From Nitrososphaerota archaeon (GTDB lineage: Archaea > Thermoproteota > Nitrososphaeria_A > Caldarchaeales > Calditenuaceae), in contig JBEPYO010000001.1 in the NCBI GenBank assembly GCA_041641295.1, positions 1,312,001 to 1,376,000 on the forward strand: a stretch of 64,000 bases of DNA, in the 5' to 3' direction. Made by a program: the position numbers and the translations under genes. This document shows positions 48,754 to 59,420 of this stretch, piece by piece. The notes beneath the pieces were generated by a model. It saw nothing but the letters and a program-made list of their open reading frames with translations, had not been told where the DNA came from and searched no databases. Within the stretch, counting starts at the first letter, position 1, and every line of letters starts with the position of its first letter.

Positions 48754-48993
48754 TTAGCCGGGACGCTGTTTTTTCGGCTCCTCTACATAGATGGCGGTTA
48801 TTATGTGGGCATTCCCTCCACAGTTAGGGCACTTCTCCTCGACATTTTTGAATATATAGTCGCCATCCTTGTGTGGCCTCGTGTGTATCGAACCGCAGCT
48901 CACGCATTTCAGCTGGGTGATGGGGTTGAATGGCACTGCCCTAGCCTTGGTGATGGACCCCTCCTGCCCTACACCGCTTATATTAAATCTCAT
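48754..48993 (-). CDS. Small Zn-ribbon protein
   Basis: CVSC...GDYIF...CPNCG...ITAIY; immediately downstream of DUF1512 gene. Confidence 0.7.
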   Translation of the reverse strand: MRFNISGVGQEGSITKARAVPFNPITQLKCVSCGSIHTRPHKDGDYIFKNVEEKCPNCGGNAHIITAIYVEEPKKQRPG

Positions 48994-49004
48994 GCAGCAC
49001 TCAC

Positions 49005-50177
49005 CTAGATCCCAACGCCGATAGTGTTTCCTATACCGGCTACAATTGCAGTCCCATTAGAGGGGACTTTATCGCGGATCAACTCCTTCACACGATTCAC
49101 GACAGAGTCTGCGGATTTTACAATACTCTCCCTCATGGGCGTTATCGCCTCCAGTATCGACTGGTATATCACGATGGCGTAGAGGGGGACGTTCTTCTCC
49201 TTTGCAATGGTCTCGATCTTGAATTTGTCGATACCCGGCCCGCCTATGGCTACGCCAACTCCCTCGGCTATCTTCCCAGTCTCTTCGCCCTCCAGCTTCA
49301 ATGCCGCATCAATAGTAATTATCAAGTCTGGCTTGGTGTCCATCTCGTAGATCAGCTTCTTCACAGCCTCGCCCGGCCTCCCAACTGTCCCACCCGGCCC
49401 GATAGGCCTCACAACATACACCTTCCTACCCTCAAACTCGACTACCTCGAGCCAAGTATCCTTAGCTATCTCCATGTCAGATATCTTCTTACTCTCCCGC
49501 ACAAACTTCGCGGCCGATAGCACACCTATCCCGTCTCCTATCGGTAGGCCTTTGAGGAAGGCGTATGATGCCTGCCTATACGACTCTGCCAGCTCCATTA
49601 TCATTGGGAGCTGTATCTGTATCTGTACAGCCAAGAAGTAGTTAGCCATCCTTTTACCCAGCAGATAATAGTGCCGGACAACCCTGTAGATGATGTTGAG
49701 AGCCCTAGCCACCTCTACTAGGTTTGAGAGGCTCTTGACACGGTGAATATCGGCCTTCGGCGCCATCCTAGAAACAGTCTCCTCGAAACGAGAATCACCG
49801 ATCTCGAGGATGTGCTCTAGCTTATACACTATGCCGGACGGATCCATAGACTCCGGTGGAATATAGAAGAATTCTAACAAGTTTTCCAGCTCTTTTTCAA
49901 TTGCAGCCGAGTCCTTATTGTCGTCAACATATAGCTTGAGTGTGCTTATTGTCCTCTCTTTCACCTCGTCTCTGATCTGTTTAAGAACTGCCAGCCTCTT
50001 CTCAATATATCTCAGGATGAATGCCAGCTGTGTCTTCTGCCCGAAGTAGGGGTAGATGAAGAAGAAGGTTAGGAGGAATAAGAACCATAGTAGTTGGAAT
50101 AGGACCGAAACGTTGTCTCCTGAAGTGGGTGCGAGTGTTACCACAGCTCCTCCTTTAAGTCTTCTCACGATGCTCAT
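49005..50177 (-). CDS. DUF1512 family protein
   Basis: P..MDP.GIV, PIGDG.G, IDAALKLEGE.TG, GIGNT.GV. Confidence 0.85.
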   Translation of the reverse strand: MSIVRRLKGGAVVTLAPTSGDNVSVLFQLLWFLFLLTFFFIYPYFGQKTQLAFILRYIEKRLAVLKQIRDEVKERTISTLKLYVDDNKDSAAIEKELENLLEFFYIPPESMDPSGIVYKLEHILEIGDSRFEETVSRMAPKADIHRVKSLSNLVEVARALNIIYRVVRHYYLLGKRMANYFLAVQIQIQLPMIMELAESYRQASYAFLKGLPIGDGIGVLSAAKFVRESKKISDMEIAKDTWLEVVEFEGRKVYVVRPIGPGGTVGRPGEAVKKLIYEMDTKPDLIITIDAALKLEGEETGKIAEGVGVAIGGPGIDKFKIETIAKEKNVPLYAIVIYQSILEAITPMRESIVKSADSVVNRVKELIRDKVPSNGTAIVAGIGNTIGVGI

Positions 50178-50326
50178 AAATATATCTTCGGCGATTGTTT
50201 GCTGGTGATTGACAGAGAAAATCTTTAGGGATTGGCTCCTTTGCTGGAGGAGGGGGGTCGCCGCCCTGTCGTGGGGGAAAGTTTAAGGGTCAGTGATAGA
50301 GGTTAGGTTAAGGTTTAGGGTATAGT

Positions 50327-51166
50327 ATGCGTTGCAGCAAGTGCGGCGCTGAGGAGGTACTTCCTTTCAAGTGTGCCTACTGTGGAGACTATTTCTGCTC
50401 TAAGCACAGGCTACCCGAGGTCCATGAGTGCCGCTCTTTGTACCTTGCACGGAACCTGATTGAGATTGAAAAGAGGGAGGCCAAGCCCCAAGGGGGCTCC
50501 CCGCGATCAGCCACCATGCTTGCGGTGAAGACCGAGATGCTCTTCTCCAAGCTCACAGCTATGGAGAAAGGCTCCGAAGTTCTACACCTTCTCGCAGGCT
50601 CCTGCATTGTAGCCGGTGTAGCTTTTTCTATGATCTACCCCCTAGCCGCGTTGTGGGGTATTACTCTCTCGGCTGGAGTGGTTGCGGCTGTGGTGGCCTC
50701 TTTCATAGCCCACGAGCTTGCTCATAAGGTCGAGGCGGTGAGGCAGGGGCACTGGGCAAGGTTTAGGCTTAACTTATTCGGCTCGATTATAAGCCTCATA
50801 TCAATATTCCTACCATTCAAATTCATAGCGCCGGGGGCTGTCGTGATCTTCGGCTACGCCACTCAACGCGGGGTTGCAAAGATAGCCGCTGCAGGCCCGA
50901 TAGTTAATCTGGTTATTGCTGCTGCCCTCCTTCCCTTCATCTACATAACATATGCGCTCCTCGGGTTGTTTGACATCGGTCTCTCTACAGCTCTTCTAGT
51001 GATTGGGCAGCTGAATGTGTTGATGGGTCTGATAAACCTTATTCCGTTAGGCCCCCTTGATGGCTTGAAAATAATTACGACCTCTTTCAAGGCGTGGGCG
51101 TCATACATTGCTGTGGCAATCGTTCTCTATATCGTTTATTATCTCAGGTTGCCGCTCTTTATGTGA
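50327..51166 (+). CDS. AN1 zinc finger fused to M50 (site-2) peptidase
   Basis: C..C...LPF.C.YC...FC..HRLPE.H.C; HELAH, AGP, NLIP..PLDG. Confidence 0.88.
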   Translation: MRCSKCGAEEVLPFKCAYCGDYFCSKHRLPEVHECRSLYLARNLIEIEKREAKPQGGSPRSATMLAVKTEMLFSKLTAMEKGSEVLHLLAGSCIVAGVAFSMIYPLAALWGITLSAGVVAAVVASFIAHELAHKVEAVRQGHWARFRLNLFGSIISLISIFLPFKFIAPGAVVIFGYATQRGVAKIAAAGPIVNLVIAAALLPFIYITYALLGLFDIGLSTALLVIGQLNVLMGLINLIPLGPLDGLKIITTSFKAWASYIAVAIVLYIVYYLRLPLFM

Positions 51167-51175
51167 GTGGTGCTC

Positions 51176-52255
51176 CTACCGCTTCGCTGCTCTTCCCGCG
51201 ATTCGCTGGTCCCGCCACTCTTTCAGCGGACCAGTTAAGACATAACTTGCCCTCTTCTTGAACTCGGCAATGTTTGAGGCGCCGCAGAGGGCAAGGGTGG
51301 CCTTAAGCTCCTCTTTTAGACGTTCAATTAAGTTCTCAACCTCTTCGACTCCCTGAACAGCTGCTTTTAGGAAGGGCATGGCCATCCCTCCCATATTTGC
51401 ACCTAGAAGTAGGAGTTTGGCGATCTCGAGGCCGTTTCTTATACCCCCTGAGCCAACAATCTCGAGGCCGTTAACTTGTGCCACCTCCAGCACGGAGGCA
51501 GCTGTCGGTATTCCCCAGTCCTGAAATACCTCAGCCAATTGTGCCCTGTCAATCCTCCCCGCCTCAACCGCTCTCATCCTCTCTATCTCCACCCAGCTGG
51601 TCCCACCGCGACCCGCCACATCGACCGCCGAGACTCCAAGCTCGCGAAGGATAACAGCATCCTCGAAGGAGATACCACACCCCACCTCCTTAATTATCAC
51701 GGGCACTCCGATCTCTTCGCATAACCGGCGAGTCTGGGCTAGAAACCCCTTAAACCTCCTGTCACCCTCAGGCTGTATAATCTCCTGAAGAGTGTTAACG
51801 TGTATTGCAATGGCGTTTGCGTCAATCATCTTAATGGCCTCCCAAGCAAGCTGTACCCCATGTTGTGCCAGCTGAGCGGCCCCGATATTCGCTATAAGGA
51901 AAACGTCTGGGCCAGCCTCACGGGCAGCCCTAAACGTATAGCGAAGTTCCGGTCTGGCTATCCCAGCTCTCTGGCTCCCAACACCCATCGGGACCCTCGC
52001 CCTCCCGGCAGCCTCCGCCAAGGTCGCGTTTATGCGGGCAGCCTCATCGGTTCCGCCTGTCATCCCCTCAATCAATATTGGCGCTGAAAATTCCTTACCA
52101 AGGAAAGTGGCCTTGACATCAATCTCGTCGACATTAATGTCTGGCACGGCTCTTGGAATTATGTGGACATACTCGAGCCAGTTACTTCCCCTCTGTACTG
52201 ACGCGTTCTCAAGCACTATTCTTATGTGGTCTCTCTTTCTATCTGTAATCCCCAT
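51176..52255 (-). CDS. fni: Type 2 isopentenyl-diphosphate isomerase
   Basis: RK.DHI, MTGG, GSQR, QE..QPEGD, KEVGCG, GGTSW. Confidence 0.95.
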   Translation of the reverse strand: MGITDRKRDHIRIVLENASVQRGSNWLEYVHIIPRAVPDINVDEIDVKATFLGKEFSAPILIEGMTGGTDEAARINATLAEAAGRARVPMGVGSQRAGIARPELRYTFRAAREAGPDVFLIANIGAAQLAQHGVQLAWEAIKMIDANAIAIHVNTLQEIIQPEGDRRFKGFLAQTRRLCEEIGVPVIIKEVGCGISFEDAVILRELGVSAVDVAGRGGTSWVEIERMRAVEAGRIDRAQLAEVFQDWGIPTAASVLEVAQVNGLEIVGSGGIRNGLEIAKLLLLGANMGGMAMPFLKAAVQGVEEVENLIERLKEELKATLALCGASNIAEFKKRASYVLTGPLKEWRDQRIAGRAAKR

Positions 52256-52300
52256 TATGTTTTCTGGAGCCTCCTTAACGGATTGGTCCGTGGCTAAATA

Positions 52301-52546
52301 TTAAGCGTTAACCTCGCCTGCAGCCTCAGCCGCCTCCTCCTGTGCTTCACTCGCCTTGAGCCTCCTCTTCACCAGTGTGGTGAGATAGCCCGCTACCTTG
52401 TTTACCAGCCTCTGAGAGACAGTCCCCTCCAGCACCTCCTCAACCAAGAGCTTGTTTTGCTGGAAATCGGGCTTAACTCTGTCCGGATAATTCTCAAGTA
52501 TCTCGGCGGCGAGAACCTTGACCTTTCTAGTCCGTATCTTCCCCAA
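52301..52546 (-). CDS. rps17e: 30S ribosomal protein S17e
   Basis: MGKIR, DF..NK, NKVAGYLT. Confidence 0.93.
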   Translation of the reverse strand: MGKIRTRKVKVLAAEILENYPDRVKPDFQQNKLLVEEVLEGTVSQRLVNKVAGYLTTLVKRRLKASEAQEEAAEAAGEVNA

Positions 52547-52609
52547 CTCCTACTTCGACCCGGGGGGTGGCATGTTATTAAGTTGACTTCTCGGCAAGGG
52601 CTCCAGTCC

Positions 52610-53701
52610 CTATGAGCGGTCGGAGAGCCTTCTTTGGCCTGTTTTAATAGCATCCAGTTCTTTGGGCTTTAGCGTCTGGGTCCGCGCCTCAGGTATTATC
52701 CCACTTGGCCTGAAGAACATAACTATGAGGAGTGTCGTGCTGAGTAGGAGAGGTGTCAGCCAGACCACGTCAAAGGGGAGATAAAGCTGCAGCTCCCTCT
52801 TGAAGACATCTATCAGACGTGAAGAAATCATAAACACCATGACGCCTAGCGCAGTCCCCCAGTTATTCGCGGCGCCGCCGACCAGCACCATCACCCACGG
52901 TATGAAGGTGTGGTTAGCCCTGTTGTAATTCTTGGCGTTCACAGCACCCGTGGTCAGCGCAAGCATGGCGCCTGCTAGGCCCGCAAGCGCGCCTGCAAGA
53001 ATGATTGTCTTCCTCTTGACGCTGACAACGTCGCGCCCTAGGGCCTGAGCTAGCACCTCATCATCCCTTATCGACTTGAGGAGTCTACCATACGGAGACT
53101 TCGTCAACAGCTCGACAAATATGAAGACCATCACAGCGAGACCAACAAGCAAGGCTGTCAGGACATAGCTCCTAGTTGGGACAGGTATCCATCCAAGGAA
53201 GCTGGGGACAAAGACACCCAAGGTCCCACCGATGAGATTCTTATAATTGTCACCTATGAGTATGAGAATCTCGCCCATCGCTAGGAGAGTCATTGCCAGA
53301 TACTCTTCCCTCAGCCGCACGGAGGGGAAGCTCGAAATCAGTCCGAGGCCAGCGCCAACCAGCATGGCGGCAACCAATGTGAAGATTAGAAGCGCGGTTG
53401 AGAGAAGAGGGTCTCTTGCGAGGACGTCATTTATCCTCGGCATAATTTGCGCGTGGTTGTCAAAATAGTTCAGCCCCTCCCCCAAGTTATATATCGCGGC
53501 TATAAGCTGTCCAGGGAGCGCGCCGACCAGAAACGCCCCACCTGAAACGCAAAGTACTTTACCGAAGTTGGGAATCCCCCCAAACCCATACTCTAGGTTG
53601 AGGCTGAGAGATATTACGAGATAAGCGGCTATCCACGGTGCAAGGTCTAGAACGAATCTAATGACCTGGTCTGGGGAGATCATCTCGCAGTCCTCACCCA
53701 C
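52610..53701 (-). CDS. Branched-chain amino acid ABC permease (LivM-like)
   Basis: G..NFG, SPYGRLLKSIRDDE, RPSGI. Confidence 0.88.
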   Translation of the reverse strand: MGEDCEMISPDQVIRFVLDLAPWIAAYLVISLSLNLEYGFGGIPNFGKVLCVSGGAFLVGALPGQLIAAIYNLGEGLNYFDNHAQIMPRINDVLARDPLLSTALLIFTLVAAMLVGAGLGLISSFPSVRLREEYLAMTLLAMGEILILIGDNYKNLIGGTLGVFVPSFLGWIPVPTRSYVLTALLVGLAVMVFIFVELLTKSPYGRLLKSIRDDEVLAQALGRDVVSVKRKTIILAGALAGLAGAMLALTTGAVNAKNYNRANHTFIPWVMVLVGGAANNWGTALGVMVFMISSRLIDVFKRELQLYLPFDVVWLTPLLLSTTLLIVMFFRPSGIIPEARTQTLKPKELDAIKTGQRRLSDRS

Positions 53702-54627
53702 CTGATGGTCATGGAGGTTATTCCTTGGGGTATTGTTAGAAGGACTATCGACATTATCAGCAGGGGTATGATCGGCCGGTACTGTATTATCTCTGTGAAG
53801 CCTAGCGCCGCTATCATCTGCGGTATGAGAGAGTTTGCCGCTCCCACTAATACCCCGCCAGCCAGCGAGCCAAATATGCTGGATAATCCGCCTAGGATGC
53901 TGGATGCGAAGATAGTTGGCAGGAACTCGTCACCTGCAGTGGTTGTAACTGGGAGCCACATTGCGTACATTAGGCCGGCGAGTCCTCCAAGCGAGCCCGC
54001 TATAAACCATGCCAGCATGTACATCCTCTCAATATTGATGCCTAATACTTGAGCGAGGTCTGGATTCTCGATTGACGCCCTCAGAGCCACACCGGTCCGC
54101 GTCTTGTTGAGAAAGATGTAGAGGAGGATTGTGGATAGGATGACGGAGGCCAGTGACAGCAGCATAACCAGAGGAATCGACGCAATCTCGAGGTCGAATG
54201 ACCGAAGGGCTATGTAGTTGACCCTAACCTTGTATGTCTTGCCAAAATAGTCGGCTAAAATACTCATGACACCAAAGATGAAGAACGCGACAGTCAATGT
54301 GGCGATCATCTGGTAGGTTGGTGAAGCACCCCTCCTCCTGAGCGGGTTTAGCACGATTTTGTACTGCGCAACTGAAACCACGCCACCTAGTAGTGCGGAG
54401 GCCCAGAGAACTTCGTAGGGGCTTCTCTGAAGGATTTGGGCCCAATACACAGCCATGTATGCCCCGATCGTGAGAAATGATCCGTGGGCAAAGTTGGGGA
54501 CACGGGTGGTCAGATAGGTTAGGGTCAAGCCCACACTTGACATGGCCGCTATCCCTGAGAAAACTAGCGTGTTTACTATTGCTGGATCGATCAAGGGGGT
54601 TATCCGATATATAATTAAGGGTCTCAA
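53680..54627 (-). CDS. Branched-chain amino acid ABC permease (LivH-like)
   Basis: NFAHG, TRTGVALRA, ILGGL. Confidence 0.9.
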   Translation of the reverse strand: MRPLIIYRITPLIDPAIVNTLVFSGIAAMSSVGLTLTYLTTRVPNFAHGSFLTIGAYMAVYWAQILQRSPYEVLWASALLGGVVSVAQYKIVLNPLRRRGASPTYQMIATLTVAFFIFGVMSILADYFGKTYKVRVNYIALRSFDLEIASIPLVMLLSLASVILSTILLYIFLNKTRTGVALRASIENPDLAQVLGINIERMYMLAWFIAGSLGGLAGLMYAMWLPVTTTAGDEFLPTIFASSILGGLSSIFGSLAGGVLVGAANSLIPQMIAALGFTEIIQYRPIIPLLIMSIVLLTIPQGITSMTIRWVRTAR

Positions 54628-54668
54628 TTTAAAGTTTATATACTGTAAGCCCGTTCACATAACTTACA

Positions 54669-56132
54669 ATGAACAAGCCCAGTCTACGCGCTATCTCAAC
54701 CGCCGCTGCCATCGCGTTGCTGGTTGTAGGGCTGGTAGTGGGAGGTGTCATAGGCATCTTCGTAGGCCCCTCCTTTAACCCCCCCGCTACATTGACAACC
54801 ACTGTTGTCCAGCAGAGAACGGTCGTACAAGAGAAAACAATCACCACAACCGTGGGTCAGCCCCAGCCTGCCGCTCCATTGCCGCCTATTCTGGAGCCGG
54901 CGGTAGTCAAGCTCGGTGATGGACTTCCATACATACCGGCCTCCCTACTAGATAAGAAGGTGACGCTTAGCGGCGAGATACGCATTGGTGCGCTGCTAAG
55001 CCTCTCAGGCGACTTGAGGACATTCGGTGAGAATGAGCGAGTGGCCTTGGAACTTGCTCGAGACGATATTAATGCGTGGCTTTCGAAGCGTGGTATTAAC
55101 TTGAGGGTTGTCTTAGAGATCGAGGACACGGCTACGCAGCCTGAGCAGGCCCTAGCAAAGCTGCAGGCACTCGCTGCCCGTGGAGTGAAGATGGTGGCCG
55201 GCCCCCTGAGCAGCCGTGAGGTTAGAAACCTGAAGACCTATGCCGATGAGAACAATATACTCGTCGTCAGCCAATCCTCAACAGCCGTAGACTTGGCCGT
55301 ACCCGGCGACAACATATTCAGATTCATACCTGACGACAGGAAGCAGGGCCCGGCACTGGCCCGTTTAATGTGGGATGCAGGAATCCGATACTATGTGCCC
55401 ATATGGAGAGGTGACACATACGGTGATGGTCTCAAGGCAGCCACTGAGAGTGCCTTCAAGAGGCTAGGAGGCGCAGTAGATCCTGGAATACGGTACAATC
55501 CGGATGCCAAGGAGTTTGCCACAGAGATTGCGACGCTTGAGAGTAAGGTGAGGGATGCGATTTCAAAGTATGGGCAAGGAGCCGTGGCTGTTCACCTAAT
55601 CTCCTTCGAGGAGGCTGTGTTGCTACTGCAGGAGGCGGCGAAGCGTGATGTCTTGAGATCAGTGCGATGGTTTGGGAGCGACGGTACCGCCGGTTCAGGC
55701 GACATACAGAATGACGCAACATCTGCCCAATTCAACGTAGACACAAAATTCCTCCACACAATCTTTGCAGCAACCACTAGCGATATATTCGAACGGGTTA
55801 GAGATAAGGTCAAGCAGGTGTATGGAAGGGAGCCTGAAACCTACACCTACACGATGTATGACATCCTCTGGGTCTTAGTACTATCGATACTTACCGTGGA
55901 CAAGTACGATGTGACAGCGGTTAAGGGCGTCCTCCCAATCGTAAGCAGCCAATACTTCGGAGCATCAGGATGGACTATCCTGAATGAGAACGGAGACAGG
56001 GTTGGAGGAGACTATGACGTCTGGGCTATCGAGAAAGTTGGCGACAAATACGAGTGGAAGGTCGTCGGCACATACAAGGCATCTACAGACAGTGTAGCTT
56101 GGGCTCGAGGATACGAAGGGAAATACACTTAA
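54669..56132 (+). CDS. Branched-chain amino acid ABC substrate-binding protein (LivK-like)
   Basis: TM anchor, Thr-rich linker, IGALLSLSG, IFRFIPDD. Confidence 0.88.
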   Translation: MNKPSLRAISTAAAIALLVVGLVVGGVIGIFVGPSFNPPATLTTTVVQQRTVVQEKTITTTVGQPQPAAPLPPILEPAVVKLGDGLPYIPASLLDKKVTLSGEIRIGALLSLSGDLRTFGENERVALELARDDINAWLSKRGINLRVVLEIEDTATQPEQALAKLQALAARGVKMVAGPLSSREVRNLKTYADENNILVVSQSSTAVDLAVPGDNIFRFIPDDRKQGPALARLMWDAGIRYYVPIWRGDTYGDGLKAATESAFKRLGGAVDPGIRYNPDAKEFATEIATLESKVRDAISKYGQGAVAVHLISFEEAVLLLQEAAKRDVLRSVRWFGSDGTAGSGDIQNDATSAQFNVDTKFLHTIFAATTSDIFERVRDKVKQVYGREPETYTYTMYDILWVLVLSILTVDKYDVTAVKGVLPIVSSQYFGASGWTILNENGDRVGGDYDVWAIEKVGDKYEWKVVGTYKASTDSVAWARGYEGKYT

Positions 56133-56164
56133 ATCTGGACTATTTTTTAAGATTTTTAAAGGGA

Positions 56165-56935
56165 TTGGACGACGGCCTAGTTAAATGTCTAGGGCTGGAG
56201 AAGAGGTTTGGAGGAGTATGCGCAGTCGATGGTGTAAACCTCTCACTGAGGAGAGGGGTTTTCTCACTCCTAATAGGGCCTAATGGTAGCGGGAAAAGCA
56301 CACTGATCAACCTAATCGCCGGTCACTACTACCCGGACAGCGGCAGAATACTGATGGATGGAAAGGACATCACGCACCTCAAACCGCATGAGCGGTTCGG
56401 TATAGGGCTGGTCAGAACTTTTCAGACTGCTAGGCATTTCCCCAACCTAACAGTCCTTGATAACATATTGATGGCTGCGGGAGCTACCGAGGGTGAGAGT
56501 ATTCGTGTCGCTCCGTTTCGGCGTAGATGGGTGCGCAGAGAGAGGGAGCTAGTCGAGAGGGCCCTCCAGATTCTGGAGCTGGTGGGGTTGGAGAAGCTTA
56601 GGGACCAGCCTGCGGGGAAGTTGAGCGGTGGCCAGATGAAGCTTCTCGAGCTTGGCCGGGTCCTAATGAGTGGAGCTAGGGTTATCCTGATGGATGAGCC
56701 CACAGCTGGGCTTAACCCCGTGATAGCCGAGTCAGTCCTATCACATATAAGGCGGCTTGTCTCGGAGCTCGGTCTCGCCGCCCTACTTGTCGAACACAGG
56801 CTTGACTTGGCCATGAAATATGCAGACAGGGTCTTGGCAATGTTTAATGGGCGCTTGATTGCGGAGGGCTCGCCCGAGGAAGTGCTCACAATCCCAGACG
56901 TGGTTGAGAGCTATCTTGGTGAGAAGTTATCATGA
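56165..56935 (+). CDS. Branched-chain amino acid ABC ATPase (LivG-like)
   Basis: GPNGSGKS, RTFQ, LSGGQMKL, VEH; start approximate. Confidence 0.9.
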   Translation: MDDGLVKCLGLEKRFGGVCAVDGVNLSLRRGVFSLLIGPNGSGKSTLINLIAGHYYPDSGRILMDGKDITHLKPHERFGIGLVRTFQTARHFPNLTVLDNILMAAGATEGESIRVAPFRRRWVRRERELVERALQILELVGLEKLRDQPAGKLSGGQMKLLELGRVLMSGARVILMDEPTAGLNPVIAESVLSHIRRLVSELGLAALLVEHRLDLAMKYADRVLAMFNGRLIAEGSPEEVLTIPDVVESYLGEKLS

Positions 56936-57645
56936 TAACAATCGAGGGCGTGGATGCAGGCTACGGGAGGCTTCAGATTCTGTTTAGCGTCTCGATGAAA
57001 GCGCGGAGCGGCGAGATTACAGCCATACTAGGTCCTAATGGCAGTGGGAAGAGTACGCTTCTAAAGACCATCTTCGGGCAGACCAGCGTCTATAACGGCT
57101 CCATAAAGCTCGATGGTGTCGAGCTGTCTGGGCGTCCCCCTCACGAGATTGCACGGCTGGGCATAGCGTACCTCCCGCAAATCAACAATCTCTTCACAGA
57201 TCTTACTGTCCGTGAGAATCTTCTTATGAGTGGGTATATGCTGTCCGAGGAGGAGAGAAGAAAGCGGACAGAGGAGGTCTTCCAGCTCTTCCCCTTCCTC
57301 AGGAATATGCTCCACAGAAAGGCTGCGAGTCTGAGCGGTGGGGAGCGGCAGATGCTCTCGATTGGCATGGCCTTGATGAGGCGGCCCAAAGTCATCATGC
57401 TTGATGAGCCCACGGCCAACCTCTCCCCAAAGATGGTGAATACTGTGCTGGATGTGGTTAGGAGGCTGAGGGATGACCATGGATTTACGGTGCTTCTTGC
57501 TGAACAGAGTGTTGTTAAGGCACTTAGGCTCTCAGACCATGCTGTCCTACTGGTTGGTGGGAGAGTGTTGTTCGAGGGTGACCCCTCCGAACTCCTAAAT
57601 AATAAGGAGCTTGGACGCATGTATCTGGGATTGGGTGGTGGATGA
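56932..57645 (+). CDS. Branched-chain amino acid ABC ATPase (LivF-like)
   Basis: GPNGSGKS, LSGGERQML, AEQ, YLG. Confidence 0.92.
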   Translation: MITIEGVDAGYGRLQILFSVSMKARSGEITAILGPNGSGKSTLLKTIFGQTSVYNGSIKLDGVELSGRPPHEIARLGIAYLPQINNLFTDLTVRENLLMSGYMLSEEERRKRTEEVFQLFPFLRNMLHRKAASLSGGERQMLSIGMALMRRPKVIMLDEPTANLSPKMVNTVLDVVRRLRDDHGFTVLLAEQSVVKALRLSDHAVLLVGGRVLFEGDPSELLNNKELGRMYLGLGGG

Positions 57646-58652
57646 TGCCCATCCAGTATAGACAGCTAGGCCGGAGCGGTCTAAAAGTCTCATGCCTAGT
57701 GCTTGGCACGTGGTATCTGCCGACGCTCCCCGAGGTGGATTCCTATGGTGTGAGGAAGATCAACGAGGAGGCAACCCTCAAGCTCTGGAGAAAAGCCGTC
57801 GATATGGGGATAAACACAATCGATACCGCTAACAGATATCACGGGGCAGTAGCCCCGGTTCCCGTGACCCATGTAGGATATGCAGAGAGGCTTCTGGGCA
57901 GGTTCCTCCAGACGGTCGACAGGGAGTCGCTCGTTATCGCGACCAAGGTTAGGTTTCCCATGGGCACTGGCCCAAATGATGAGGGCCTCTCCAGAAAGCA
58001 TATAATGAAGGCGGTGAGGGACAGCCTCTCTAGGCTCCAGACCAACTATATCGACCTCTACCAGGCCCATGGTTTTGACCCGTCGACGCCTCTTGAGGAG
58101 ACGATGAGGGCTTTCGACGACCTAGTTAGGGCTGGCCTAGTACACTATGTCGGGTGCTCAAACTTTCAGGCCTGGCAGATATCTGAGGCCCTCGCAATAT
58201 CGGAGAGGCTTGGGCTAGTCAAGTTTGTCAGTGTCCAGCCACTCTACAACCTTCTCCAGCGCGAGGCCGAGAAGGAGCTCTTCCCCCTAGTGAGGCAGAC
58301 GGGCCTAGGAGTAATTTGCTACTCGCCGTTGGCCCAGGGACTGCTGGCCGGGCGATACCTCGCCGGCGTGGGTGGTGACGCGAGGGCCTCATACAGCACC
58401 TCAGTAAACCCCCTCCTCACCGAGAGAAATCTCAAGATAGCGAACGAGCTTGCCCTGATGGCTAAGGAGAAGGGCATAACGCTGGCCCAGCTCAGCCTAG
58501 CGTGGATACTCCATCAACCAGAGGTCACCGCACCGATAATCGGAGCAACAAGGCCGGAGCAGCTTGAGGAGAATCTGCAGGCAGTAGACGTGAAGCTCTC
58601 ATCAGACGACCTGAAAAGAATCGACGAGATAACCAAGCCCACCCCCCAGTAG
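57642..58652 (+). CDS. Aldo/keto reductase
   Basis: DTANRY, ATKV, YIDLYQAH, YSPLAQG. Confidence 0.93.
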   Translation: MMPIQYRQLGRSGLKVSCLVLGTWYLPTLPEVDSYGVRKINEEATLKLWRKAVDMGINTIDTANRYHGAVAPVPVTHVGYAERLLGRFLQTVDRESLVIATKVRFPMGTGPNDEGLSRKHIMKAVRDSLSRLQTNYIDLYQAHGFDPSTPLEETMRAFDDLVRAGLVHYVGCSNFQAWQISEALAISERLGLVKFVSVQPLYNLLQREAEKELFPLVRQTGLGVICYSPLAQGLLAGRYLAGVGGDARASYSTSVNPLLTERNLKIANELALMAKEKGITLAQLSLAWILHQPEVTAPIIGATRPEQLEENLQAVDVKLSSDDLKRIDEITKPTPQ

Positions 58653-58655
58653 GCG

Positions 58656-59414
58656 GTGTGTTATGGATTGAGGGGTCTCCTAATACGTGCAAGTGAAACC
58701 CACAGCGTCTTAGAGAGATTATTTGTAACAGGTGACTTCGCCCTATACCACGTAAGGGCTAGGCGTGGAGAAGAATACTCCATTGGGGCTGGCGAGTATG
58801 AACGAATAGTCTTCTCGACCGACGGCTCCATGGCTGTGAACGGCGAGCAGCTTCATGTAAGAGATATGATCTACACGCCGCGGGGAACTGAGCTCAGGAT
58901 ACGAGCCGAATCCGATGCAAATATCTACGTCGCGGAGGCTAGAGCATTTACTCAGCGGAAACAGTTTGTGAAGAGGTTTGAGGAAGCCGCTCGCATAGAA
59001 TCCGGCCAAGATTGTTATGCGCGGACCATCTTTTTGATGATTGGTGAGGACGACCCAGTTGACCGTTTTCTAGCAGGCTATACCGAGAGCATTGGGGGCT
59101 CGTGGACCAGTTATCCTCCACACCGGCATGATGGCAAGCCTGAAGCATACATCTTCTATGGGATGGCTCCAGGGTTTGGTGTTCAGCTCCTGATGGACGA
59201 GGCGGGTGAAGAGGCCCACATAGTCAGAGACGGCGACGTAGTCCTGATTGAGAGGGGGTATCACCCCAACGTGGGGACATCGCTTAATGGAATAAAATTC
59301 GCTTGGGTAATAGCGGCGCCGCCTAGTGCCAGAGACCTCTCTGTCGAGATACATCCCCTCTTCAGGTCCGTTCCAGTGAAGATGTCGCACCTAAAAGTTA
59401 GGGATTCTGGTTGA
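58656..59414 (+). CDS. 5-deoxy-glucuronate isomerase-like (IolB family)
   Basis: WTSYPPHRHD, GFG.Q, GYHP. Confidence 0.82.
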   Translation: MCYGLRGLLIRASETHSVLERLFVTGDFALYHVRARRGEEYSIGAGEYERIVFSTDGSMAVNGEQLHVRDMIYTPRGTELRIRAESDANIYVAEARAFTQRKQFVKRFEEAARIESGQDCYARTIFLMIGEDDPVDRFLAGYTESIGGSWTSYPPHRHDGKPEAYIFYGMAPGFGVQLLMDEAGEEAHIVRDGDVVLIERGYHPNVGTSLNGIKFAWVIAAPPSARDLSVEIHPLFRSVPVKMSHLKVRDSG

Positions 59415-59420
59415 GACCCT

